Program-made: the position numbers and the translations under genes
Assembly (NCBI GenBank): GCA_009928955.1
Contig: SABN01000002.1
Location: 8,427-72,426, forward strand
Direction: 5' to 3'
Source of the DNA: Opitutia bacterium
Lineage (GTDB): Bacteria; Verrucomicrobiota; Kiritimatiellia; CAIQIC01; Lenti-01
Length of the DNA stretch: 64,000 bases
Shown: positions 29,131 through 38,800 of the stretch, in pieces
Numbering within the stretch: the first letter of the stretch is position 1
How the letters are laid out: each line of letters starts with the position of its first letter
The notes under the pieces: generated by a model
What the model was told of the DNA's origin: nothing
What the model saw: the letters and a program-made list of their open reading frames with translations, nothing else
The model's database searches: none

Positions 29131-29210
29131 TGGTGGAGGCGAGGGTATCGGATGGGGCGGAGAATTCAAGCGTAAGAGTCGCCGCCCTCTCTCAGGCTTG
29201 CGTTTCCTCC

Positions 29211-29240
29211 AATATCAACAGTTTATAAACTGTTGATATT
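29211..29240. promoter_or_regulatory. 30-bp perfect palindrome AATATCAACAGTTTA|TAAACTGTTGATATT in an AT-rich divergent intergenic region
   Basis: Read directly (15+15 perfect inverted repeat). It lies between the divergent DUF2238 gene (start 29130) and rarA (start 29430). Confidence 0.8.
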
Positions 29241-29429
29241 CAAATATCTTGATTTCGTATATATATTCATTTTATTGATGTATTCTAGATATTTATCGGA
29301 CATAGTTTACAAATACCGGATATATTGATCATATGCTTGTCGCAATGGGGATCCAGCCGGTTGGGCTGGAGGCGGCAAGAAAAGGATTGGGTCGGACGGG
29401 GAATTCTGGCATCCTAGACCGCAGGTTTT

Positions 29430-30815
29430 ATGAGCAATTTGTTTGAACAGCCTCCGGCGGAGACGCCGGAACTTTCCTCCGCCCGCCGTCCCTTGGCGGC
29501 GCGGATGCGGCCGCGCACCTTGGAGGAGATCGCGGGGCAAAACCATATGCTGGGCCCGGGCAAGTTGCTGCGCCGGGCGATCGAGGCGGACCGGCTGTCG
29601 AGCCTCATCTTGTACGGCCCCCCGGGATGCGGAAAAACCTCGTTGGCGGAGGTGATTGCGCGCACGACGAAGCGGGCGTTCGACCGGTCGAGCGGCGTGC
29701 TGTCGAACGTGGCGGGCTTGCGGCAGTCGCTGGAGGCGGCGAAGCAGCGGCGAGCGGTGTCCGGGCGCGAGACGATTTTGTTCATCGACGAGATCCATCG
29801 GTTCAACAAGGCCCAGCAGGACGTGCTGCTGCCCTATGTGGAGGAGGGGGCCGTCACCCTCATCGGCGCGACCACGCACAATCCGTTCTTCTTCATCAAC
29901 AACCCGCTGACTTCGCGCAGTCAGATCTTCCAGTTGGAGCCGCTGGATGCGACGGCGGTGACGGGGTTGCTGCGGCGGGCGTTGACGAGTCCGGAGGGGT
30001 TGGGACACCTGAAGATCGCGATGGATGACAATGCGCTGGCGCATCTGGCGGCGGTTTGCGAAGGCGATGGGCGGCGCGCGTTGAACGCGCTGGAGATCGC
30101 GGCGTTGACCACCGCGCCCGGGCCGGATGGCGCCATCCACCTCACGCGGGCGGTGACGGAGGAAAGCATCCAGAAGAAGGCGGTGCTGTACGATCACGAC
30201 GAGGACGGGCACTACGACACCATTTCGGCGTTCATCAAGAGCGTCCGGGGCTCGGATCCGAACGCGGCGCTCTACTGGCTGGCGAAAATGCTCTATGCGG
30301 GGGAGGACCCCCGCTTCGTGGCGCGCCGCCTGGTGATCTTGGCCAGCGAGGACATCGGCAACGCGGATCCCCGCGGCCTGAGCGTGGCGGTGGCGGCGCT
30401 GGGGGCGGTGGATTTCGTCGGCATGCCCGAGGCCCGGATCGCGCTGGCGCAGGCGACGACCTATCTGGCGACGGCGCCCAAGAGCCATGCCGCCTATATG
30501 GGGCTGGAAGCCGCCATGGCCGACGTGAAGGACGGGCGGACCCTGCCCGTGCCGCGCGCCCTGCGCAGCACGGGGTCGAAACGGGCGGCGAAGGAGTTTG
30601 GACATCAGGGCTATCAATATGCGCACGAGTTCGAAGGCCATTTCGTGGATCAGGAATATGTGCCGACGGACAAGGTCTATTACCAGCCTTCCGCGGAAGG
30701 GTATGAGGAGATCATCCGCAAGCGGATCGAGCACTGGAACAGCCTCCGGAAGGCCTCCCGGCAGAGAAAGCCGCCGGCGCCCCCCCCGACAAAGAATGGC
30801 GAGGGGCGAGGATAG
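29430..30815 (+). CDS. rarA: replication-associated recombination protein A (AAA+ ATPase)
   Basis: LAARMRPRTLEEIAGQNHMLGPGKLLRRAIE...ILYGPPGCGKTSLA...LFIDEIHRFNKAQQD...MgsA C-terminal domain (DGHYDTISAFIKSVRGSDPNAALYWL). Confidence 0.93.
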   Translation: MSNLFEQPPAETPELSSARRPLAARMRPRTLEEIAGQNHMLGPGKLLRRAIEADRLSSLILYGPPGCGKTSLAEVIARTTKRAFDRSSGVLSNVAGLRQSLEAAKQRRAVSGRETILFIDEIHRFNKAQQDVLLPYVEEGAVTLIGATTHNPFFFINNPLTSRSQIFQLEPLDATAVTGLLRRALTSPEGLGHLKIAMDDNALAHLAAVCEGDGRRALNALEIAALTTAPGPDGAIHLTRAVTEESIQKKAVLYDHDEDGHYDTISAFIKSVRGSDPNAALYWLAKMLYAGEDPRFVARRLVILASEDIGNADPRGLSVAVAALGAVDFVGMPEARIALAQATTYLATAPKSHAAYMGLEAAMADVKDGRTLPVPRALRSTGSKRAAKEFGHQGYQYAHEFEGHFVDQEYVPTDKVYYQPSAEGYEEIIRKRIEHWNSLRKASRQRKPPAPPPTKNGEGRG

Positions 30816-30873
30816 GCTTGATTTGCGCAGAAACCACGATATATAGGGAACGAAGCATTTGGCAAAAGGCGGC

Positions 30874-33177
30874 ATGAATATGAAGCGCATGAAACTGGGC
30901 ATGGCAATGGCATCGGGCATCCTCGCCGGAGTCTTGGCTTGGGCGGCAACCACTTCTCCCGTCCAGGATTCCTATGTGAAGATCGACGCCGCCTCCTTGG
31001 TGAGCACTCCCCAGAGCGCATGGGCCCGCGCCATCCTGTTTTCCGATGCGATGGAGACGCTCCCGGCCGGCCGCGTGCAGAGGCTCGACCGCAAGGATTA
31101 CCTGGCGATGAAACTGAAAAGCGCCGGCACGGTCTGGGTTCCCGAAGAGTTGGCTCCGAAATTCCAAACGCTTCGCGTCGGCGACACCTATTCGTTCGCC
31201 GGAACCGTGGATCAGATCTCGCGCCGGTACTACATCATCGTGGACGCCTGCTACCGCATCCAGACCCTGGACAACGTGAACGAGCAGTGGACCGACATGC
31301 TGCATGCGCCGGAGCGAGCCCTGAATGCCGCGCCGGACGCGACCGCAGGCGCTTCGATGCAGGCCTTGTTGATCGAAGCGCAGAACCATCTGGTCAAGAT
31401 GGCGAAAGAAAGCAATCTGAGCGTCGCCCAACTGATCGAGGGGCAAACCGATGGGGGGCAACGCATCGCGGAAATCATCGTGGCGGACGCCTTGCAGGGA
31501 GAACTGAAGGAAAAGAACAAGACCGCCGAAGAACTCATGATCGGTTCGGTTCTGGCTTTGCTGCAAAAGCAGGCGGTGTTGGACGAGTCCGCGAAGATCG
31601 CTTCTGAAAATGCGGCGCTGCCGGAAACCCTTCCCGATCCGGCGCCCGTGGCGGCCGAAGCGCCACCGGTGGAAGTGGCGGCGGTGGTCGAAGAAGTCGC
31701 CATTGAACCCATCGATCCGCCAACGACCGAACCGCCTCCGCCCCCTTCGCTGGAAGAGGAGTTGGCGGCAGCGCCGGACACGGCGGCCGCCGATCCCGAA
31801 GTAGCGGTTGTGGAAAAGGCGATTCCCGGGATCGAGCCGGAAACAATGGCCCCGGCCATCGCGGTTGCGGATGCGGAACCGCCGGCACCGGAAATGACGG
31901 CGGAACTGCCGGACGGGGCGGGGGGAACCGCCCTCGCGGCACCATCCGAGGACGAACCGAAGGCGGAAAAACCCAAGAAGAGAAAGAAGAAATCCGCAGA
32001 GGAGAAGCCGGCCGTCGAAATGGCCGTTCTTCCGGTCCTGGAACCCATGGAAGCGTTTCCGCCGATGGCCGGACCTGCGGAAGCCCCCCCGGCCGAAGCA
32101 ATCGACCGGCCGTCCGGACCCACGGTGGAAGAGGAAATCGAAGCCCATCGCGCGGCAGAATGGATCTTGCCGGCCGGGGCGGAGCCCGGCGCTGAACCGA
32201 TTGCCGCGCCGCCGACCAGCATGCTGGTGGTTCCGTTGACGGAGAATCAACAGGAAATGATTCCCCTGGTGAGCGTTCAGCCCACCAAGGCGGAATTGGC
32301 TATGATGAAGAAGCAGGCGGCCGTCGAAGAACGCGAGCGCGAATTGGCCGCCAAGAAAGCCGCCGCAGAGGAAGCCGATCGCCAATATGAGGCGGACCGC
32401 TTGGCCCGCATCGAGGCCAAGCGGCTGGCGGCCATGGCAAAGAAGGCGGAGAAAGAAGCCCGGTTGGCCGAAATCGTCCGTCAACGGGCCGAAGAACAGC
32501 GGGTGCGCGAAGAAGCGGCGGCAAGGAAGGCCGCCGAATGGAAGGCCAAGCAGGAGACGTTGCAAGCGGAAGCCGCCGCAAAAAAGGCGATGGAAGCAGA
32601 GGCCAAGCGTCTGGCGCTGGAAGAGAAACAGGCGCTGGAAGCCGTTCGCCAAACGGAAATTCTTGAAAAGCAAGCGGCCGCGGTCCGCGCTATGCGCGAA
32701 GAAACGGAAAAACGGTTGGCGGAAATGGCCGCCCGCAAGGAAGCCGCCGAAGCGGCCATGCGTGAATTGGAAGAGCAAAAGGCGGCTTCCCTGAAAAAGC
32801 TCCACCAAGAGGCCGAAGCCCAGTCCGCCTTTCAGGCGGCCGAATTGAACGCCCGGATCGCGGCCGAAGAAGCGAGTCGGGCTGAATCCATCCGCATCGC
32901 GCAAGAAGTGACCGCGCACGAAAAGACCGCTGGGGAAGATGCCGCGGCGCGCATTGCCGCGGAGAGTGCGGCCCGCAAGGAAGTGGAAGCCAAGCTGAAA
33001 AAGCTGGAAGAAGAAGTCCGCGAGATGGAAGCGAAGATGGGCAAGTCCGGCGGAACGAAGCCGACCCCGCCGGAAGCCATCGGGAAAGCCAAGGCAAAGG
33101 CCAAGACCGAGAAAGCAACGAAAGAGGCGGTGGATTCCGGCGATCTGCCCGAGTGGATGCAACCGGTGCAGTTCTAG
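30874..33177 (+). CDS. secreted protein with Pro/Glu/Ala-rich spacer and long Ala/Lys/Glu coiled-coil
   Basis: Signal peptide MNMKRMKLGMAMASGILAGVLAWA and a globular N-domain. Then a PEA-rich low-complexity region. Then about 250 aa of AEEQRVREEAAARKAAEWKAKQE... coiled coil. The track start at 30859 is a TTG. Confidence 0.7.
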   Translation: MNMKRMKLGMAMASGILAGVLAWAATTSPVQDSYVKIDAASLVSTPQSAWARAILFSDAMETLPAGRVQRLDRKDYLAMKLKSAGTVWVPEELAPKFQTLRVGDTYSFAGTVDQISRRYYIIVDACYRIQTLDNVNEQWTDMLHAPERALNAAPDATAGASMQALLIEAQNHLVKMAKESNLSVAQLIEGQTDGGQRIAEIIVADALQGELKEKNKTAEELMIGSVLALLQKQAVLDESAKIASENAALPETLPDPAPVAAEAPPVEVAAVVEEVAIEPIDPPTTEPPPPPSLEEELAAAPDTAAADPEVAVVEKAIPGIEPETMAPAIAVADAEPPAPEMTAELPDGAGGTALAAPSEDEPKAEKPKKRKKKSAEEKPAVEMAVLPVLEPMEAFPPMAGPAEAPPAEAIDRPSGPTVEEEIEAHRAAEWILPAGAEPGAEPIAAPPTSMLVVPLTENQQEMIPLVSVQPTKAELAMMKKQAAVEERERELAAKKAAAEEADRQYEADRLARIEAKRLAAMAKKAEKEARLAEIVRQRAEEQRVREEAAARKAAEWKAKQETLQAEAAAKKAMEAEAKRLALEEKQALEAVRQTEILEKQAAAVRAMREETEKRLAEMAARKEAAEAAMRELEEQKAASLKKLHQEAEAQSAFQAAELNARIAAEEASRAESIRIAQEVTAHEKTAGEDAAARIAAESAARKEVEAKLKKLEEEVREMEAKMGKSGGTKPTPPEAIGKAKAKAKTEKATKEAVDSGDLPEWMQPVQF

Positions 33178-33234
33178 GGGCGGCATCGGCCCCTGCGCGG
33201 GATTTCCCGCCGTGTGGAAAATCTGGGATTTGTC

Positions 33235-34326
33235 ATGGCGAGTTTGCACAATGCATATGCGGTCATCATGGCCGGCGGCAAGGGCGAGCGGTTCTGGCCG
33301 CTGAGCACGTCTCGCCGTCCCAAGCAGTTGCTGGCGTTGGCGGGCGGCCAGCCGTTGATCCTCCAAGCCGTGGACCGGTTGCAAGGCCTCGTGCCTCCGG
33401 AGCGGGTGCTGATCGTGACCAACGAGTCGCTCGTCGCTCCGATCCAAGGGATGCTGGGGGAGGGGAGTCCCGTTGGCGTGTTGGGGGAACCCGTCGGCCG
33501 CGATACGGCCGCCGCCATCGCGGCCGGCGCCGCTTGGATCAAGCGCCGTGATCCGCAGGCCGTGTTCTGCGTCATGACCGCCGACCACATCATCGGCGAC
33601 CTGCCGATCTTCCGCGACACGCTGACCCGTGGATTGGCGCTGTGTGCGGAAAACGATGTCCTGATGACCATCGGCATCGCTCCGTCGGAGCCCAGCAGCG
33701 CCTATGGCTACATCGAGGCCGGCGGCCTCTGGAAGCGATCGGGCCACATCGATTTCTTCAAAGCCAAGCGTTTCGTCGAGAAACCTGACGCGGCCACCGC
33801 CCGGGACTATCTCGCCACGGGGCGCTACGCATGGAATTCCGGCATGTTCGTCTGGTCGGTCCGGAGCATCCAAAAAGCCTTCGCCGAATTCCACCCGGTC
33901 CTTGCCGGAAAGATCGCGGCGTGGGCGGCCTGTCCAGACGATGCGGCGTTCCGGAGGGCGCTGGAATTGGATTTTCCGGCGCTGGAAAAGATCTCGATCG
34001 ACTATGCGGTGATGGAGAAGGCCGGGAACATCGTGGTTTGCATGGGCGCATTCGCTTGGGATGATGTCGGCTCATGGCCCGCGCTGGAGGCGCATCTTCC
34101 CAAGGATGCGGCCGGGAACGCCTCGCTGGGAGATGTGGAAGCCTTTGACAGCGCCAGCAACATCGTGGTCAGCGAAGGGCGTCTCACGGCGCTGGTGGGA
34201 GTGAAGGATCTGGTCGTGGTGCAGGCCGATGGAGTGACGCTGGTATGCGATAAATCCCGTTCGCAGGAAATCAAGTCCTTGCTGTCGAACCTTCGCGCCC
34301 AGAAAAGCCGGGACGCGATACTTTAA
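33235..34326 (+). CDS. manC: mannose-1-phosphate guanylyltransferase
   Basis: [25 protein letters not shown]... nucleotidyltransferase N-terminus, about 360 aa. The first ATG is at 33235 (the track start at 33214 is a GTG inside a palindrome half-site). Confidence 0.88.
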   Translation: MASLHNAYAVIMAGGKGERFWPLSTSRRPKQLLALAGGQPLILQAVDRLQGLVPPERVLIVTNESLVAPIQGMLGEGSPVGVLGEPVGRDTAAAIAAGAAWIKRRDPQAVFCVMTADHIIGDLPIFRDTLTRGLALCAENDVLMTIGIAPSEPSSAYGYIEAGGLWKRSGHIDFFKAKRFVEKPDAATARDYLATGRYAWNSGMFVWSVRSIQKAFAEFHPVLAGKIAAWAACPDDAAFRRALELDFPALEKISIDYAVMEKAGNIVVCMGAFAWDDVGSWPALEAHLPKDAAGNASLGDVEAFDSASNIVVSEGRLTALVGVKDLVVVQADGVTLVCDKSRSQEIKSLLSNLRAQKSRDAIL

Positions 34327-34357
34327 AAACAGACCCCAACCCAACAGGAGAAGAGCA

Positions 34358-34516
34358 ATGAAATATCTATGCACCGTGTGCGGCTATGTGTATGACCCGG
34401 CCGCCGGAGATCCCGACAGCGGCATCGCGCCCGGCACCACATTCGAAGACATTCCGGATTCCTGGGTCTGTCCTGTTTGCGGCGTGGGCAAGGATTCGTT
34501 CGTGCCTCAAGATTGA
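34358..34516 (+). CDS. rubredoxin
   Basis: Own translation (below the track's length cutoff): [52 protein letters not shown]. It has two CxxCG knuckles. RBS AGGAGAAG lies 7 nt upstream. Confidence 0.9.
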   Translation: MKYLCTVCGYVYDPAAGDPDSGIAPGTTFEDIPDSWVCPVCGVGKDSFVPQD

Positions 34517-34537
34517 CGATCCCGCCACTCGGTTTCC

Positions 34538-34577
34538 GCCCGATTCCGCATCTTGCGGAATCGGGCTTTCTGTTGTC
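34538..34577 (+). terminator. rho-independent terminator after rubredoxin
   Basis: GCCCGATTCCGCA-TCT-TGCGGAATCGGGC stem-loop followed by TTTCTGTTGT. Confidence 0.75.
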
Positions 34578-34599
34578 ACGACAACACCATTATGTGAAT

Positions 34600-35181
34600 T
34601 TCGGCGCATCAAGGAATCCGCCAAAATATCGGGGAAGGGCCGCATCGGGAATGTGTAAAAAATGAACCGCAAGACGAAGCTCGACCGGGGAAAGCACGAA
34701 TGGCGCCCAGCCAACAGTGCACGGACGATTGAACGAGACGGGAATCAAATAACGCCAGGATGTATTCCAAAGGGAATACTGGAGGAGGATGCGGCCGCAG
34801 TGAAAGATTAAACGGGCGTCGATGCTTTTCCCGTTGAACCGTTCGAGCCACAAGGGGGCAAGCCTGAAGGCAGCGGATGAAATCCAGAAGGAAAGATTTT
34901 TGTCTATCGAGGGAATGAAGACACGGTCGGCCAAAACGGACGCGCTCAAGAGAACGGAACATTCAGGTCCAGAGGTTTTTGGGGAAGCGCATTCAAACAG
35001 TGGCGACCGGCCGCAACGCGGAGCGCCGTTGTTTCAAATCCGACGGGAAAACGACAAGGCGGCGGAACCATAGGGGAACACAACCGGGGAGGACGCAGAT
35101 CAGAACAGCGGATTACGGCAGTGGAATTCGACAGGCGTCCACGGGGGGGGGGCCGGCGAAAATCACCGGCCTCTTGATTTC
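34600..35181 (+). ncRNA. candidate purine/GGA-rich non-coding RNA (hypothetical)
   Basis: No convincing ORF. About 25 GGA triplets on the + strand against about 6 TCC in 34612-35125. Ends at hairpin GGCCGG-N9-CCGGCC (35151-35171) followed by TCTTGATTTC. Confidence 0.25.
35143..35152. repeat. G10 homopolymer
   Basis: Read directly (acGGGGGGGGGGccgg). It abuts the 35151-35171 hairpin. Confidence 0.9.
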
Positions 35182-35837
35182 AGGCCGCCTTGCCGCACCG
35201 CAAGCAACGTCGCATAATACATATTATGTTGCGTATGTCGCGCATATGGCATCTATATGTGGGGTGGCTTTTCAGGCCGCTGGCATTTTGGACCCGACGA
35301 TAACTTTGTGCACAAGTCTGTGGATCGTGTGGATGATTGGGTGCGCAGATTGGCGTTCGACGTTTCCGCCGGACCTATTCTTGTATCTCCGTCTACGCCA
35401 TCCGGCCAGATTGGGTTTTACTGTGGCCGGTCCCGTGGGGCCGTCGTTTGCCTGACTCTCCCTCGCCAAGGCTTGGCAAGTCCGCGCCCGGGTGCACCTA
35501 CAACAAACTCTCAAATGCTCTGGCCGCTTTCAGATCGTCAGCAGCCATTCCGCGATGGCCCCCCCGGCCTGGTGCCAAGCCGCCTCGCGCGGTCGAAAGC
35601 CGACCATTGCCCGGCCCGTGATCCCGGCGCTGACCTTAGGGCTGTTGGATGATCGGGAAACCGCAGATGCCGATGTTGACAGCGGGGCATTTGACAAACC
35701 AGAGAGCGACCGCCTCAAGATTTGAAACCACCGGGGACGCCTTGGCCCCCGGGTGACGGATGCGCACCGGAGGCGTTCAGTTGATTTTCAGGAGCGCCCC
35801 CCCTCCCCTGCTCACCCTGGACCAGGAAACGGACGAC

Positions 35838-38800
35838 CTAGGGTTCCATGCGGCGCGTTGGCAAATCGTAGAAGTTTTGGGCATCGTAGCGCCACGTCCA
35901 CGTATTGCCGACGCCCCCGTTTTTCGAAATGATCACCAGCATGTCGTTCGGGGCGAAGAATCCGGGCGGCACCTCTTCATCGGTTGTCATGAAGCGCCAG
36001 ATGTGGCTGGCGTCGCAATAGAGGGTGCTCCCGTTCCGAACGGTCTTGGTACTCGTGTTTATGGTGTAGAGTTGATCGCTGGCATCCCGGTTCCCGCACA
36101 CAAAACCGGATTCGAGAAGTTGCATTTCGCCGGGATGGGCTGAAACCGGCAGGCGCAGCGCCGCCACGTTGTACATCCGCACTTCGGGAGCAATGACATT
36201 CGTGCGTCCGCCGCCGGATCCATAGGAAGCCGCCTGGCCCGTGTGGATCACCTGGCTGAATTGGTTGGTCGGAACCTGCATGATGGGCGACCAGATCATC
36301 GCCGGGAGCACGAGATCCAGATTGGCATCCATGGCGTTGGTGCGGACATAGATCTCGGGCAATGGATCCGGCAAGGTGATGGAAAAGCCCCGGCTGAAGA
36401 AGTTGGAAGGCTGAAGCACATCGGTGACATCGTCCCCTCCGATCCGCATCCATCGGCCTTGCGTGCTCAGGAAATACTGCTCGGTGGAGAAGGCATTGGT
36501 GCCCGGGTTGTAGAACTCCAACACGGTGGATCCGGAATCCGGCATGGCGCTGGCGCCCCCCGGGAAGGTCTCCACGCCGCCGAAGACGGCGTTGAAGGTG
36601 TTGGTGTAGGGCGTGCCGTGCAAGGCCACGAAGTTGGGGCCGCTCGAGAGGACCACGTTGTGCATGGAATAGATTTCCTCGCTGGCCACCCGGCGCTGGA
36701 CGAGTCCCAGCGCATTGGTGGCGCGCCAGCGGTCCTTGTAGGACGCGCGATAGAACCGCAGCTGCCCTCTGGATTTCATCTGTCCGCCATCATCGACGAA
36801 CCAGTTGGAACGGACCGTGTCCACCAACTGCCACTGGTTGTTGCTGCTTTCCTGGAAACGGGCGGAATCCCAGGCGATCAGATCATAGTCTTTTGAAACG
36901 GCGGTATAGATCCCCTGTTCATTGGTGGGTCCCGAGGCGATCCAATGAAGCGCCGCGGCGGTCGGCGTGTTGGTGTTGTCGAGCCGGGCCTCGGGGAAAG
37001 CGGCCTTGGCGACGGATTTGTCGATGGTCTCGCCGCGGATGAGGGCGAACCGGATGGTGTTGTTGGTGGACCAGCTTTGGACCCCGGCGTTCCCGATGTT
37101 GCCCGCCTTGTCCACGCTCACGACCACCACCACGTAATCTTGATCGTACTCCAGATCGTAGAGGCGGACGGCCGGCGTCGCCAAGTTGGTCAAGGCCAGA
37201 TAATTCGATTGATAGCTTGGCGCGGAGGGATCGGCGATCGGGGTGTCCGGATTGACCTGATTCCACGAACGATACGCGCCGTTGGCGACGAAGGTCTTGT
37301 AGATGTAGCCATTGGTGGACGTGGGATCATCGTTGAACGGGACCAACTGAGGATCATAGGTTCCGCAATAGAGTTTGTAGGTATGCCATTTGGAGAGGAT
37401 ATCGATGTCGCCGGGGTTCTTGGTGGGATGGACGGGGTCGCCGGGGTCGTCGGGGCCGATGCCGTTGGTGCTCCATTGCAGGTCGAATTGCGTGGTGGGA
37501 TCATCCACGGTTTCGGTGGAAGCGCCGGTTCCGCCGAGGGGCATGTTCACCGGCGTGGGCGGCGTCATGTCGAACGGGATGTAGAAATACTTGGTCAACC
37601 CCGCGAGCCGATCCCCGCCCCGGTTGTAATCGGCATCCACCGCGAAGATATATTGAGGCACCAATCCCTGGTTTTCGGCCCCCGCGCGGAAGCGCATGGA
37701 AGACCGATTCGTGCCGATGTCCACCGAAAGGCGCAAGAGATCCCAGAAGGTTTCTCCGCCTTCGGCCGTCAAGGAAACCTTCAGGAATTCGATGGTCGAA
37801 TCGCCGAGATCCTGCGCCGGCAGCGAGAAGGAGGTCCAGTCCTCCGCCAGGCCCGGCGAAAGAGTGGCCGTGCCCACCGGATTCAGCAAGTCGTTGGTGG
37901 AATAAGCGGCGATCGTCACTCCGGCCGGCCCGCCGCGATACCACCCGGACATCTCCACGCGCGGGATCACGCCGGATTCATTCCGGAATTCGAAAATCTG
38001 GTAGGCCACGCCGCCGGGCGACTGGCGAAGGCTGTTGGTCCCCTCGAACACCCGCGTGAAATCATCGGCCTTGGTCTGGTAGAAACAATTGGAGTCCAGT
38101 TTCCAATCGCCGCCGTCCGCGATGATTTCAAATCCATAGTTGGCCAGCGCGCCGTTGGTCGTGACCACCGGGAACGGACGCCCGAGGCCTCCCCGGTTCG
38201 AAGCGCTCAGCACATTGACCGGATCGGGCGAGACCCGGTATTCGCCGATGCCGCGGACGTCGCGCTGGATGGACCGGATGGAGTACCCCGGATCCTGATC
38301 GCTGGCCAGCGGGTCGAAAGTGACGATGAATTCCGGCGTATTGGTCCACACGACGCCCAAGCGGTTTGGGACTTCTTCCGGCACGGGGTCATCGTTCACG
38401 CACACATAGCCGAGCGAGGTGGGCAGCATGATGTCGTTGTCGACCGCGGAAATGCGCATCGGCTCGCTGGGCAGGAGCACATATGGCGCATAGAGATCGT
38501 CGAAGAAAGCGGCGGTGTTGGTGCCGACGGCGGCATTGCCGTGGTTCCAATAGCATCCGGCATAGGGCAGGGCGCGATGCAGATGGAAGGTGTTGGTCAC
38601 TTGCGCAACCAGATGGCTTTCCGTGATATCATCCAGCGGATTGCCAAACGCGCCGATGCCGGAGCCGGAGAGTTCTCGGACATACAGGCGCCAGATGCCC
38701 GTTGCCGCTTCCAGATCCACCTGCACGGCCACGGAGGCGGTCGCCGAACTCAGGGGAGCGGACGCGCCGAGGGCGGTCAGGTCGGAATCCAGATCCAGCC

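Noticed and set aside
29170-29429. Replication origin or mobile-element boundary at the AT-rich island
   Set aside because: There are no DnaA-box cluster, dnaA/dnaN, integrase, tRNA or direct repeats flanking it. Gene orientation alone is insufficient. It is kept only as a regulatory palindrome.
30712-33894. 1060-aa minus ORF
   Set aside because: It is antisense to the coiled-coil protein gene and manC, and is Arg/Gly/Phe-rich low complexity.
34822-35073. 83-aa + ORF inside the GGA-rich stretch. Also 34979..35455 and 34367..34714
   Set aside because: They have no RBS or motif, a composition driven by the purine bias, and GC well below that of genes in this window. They are treated as non-coding.
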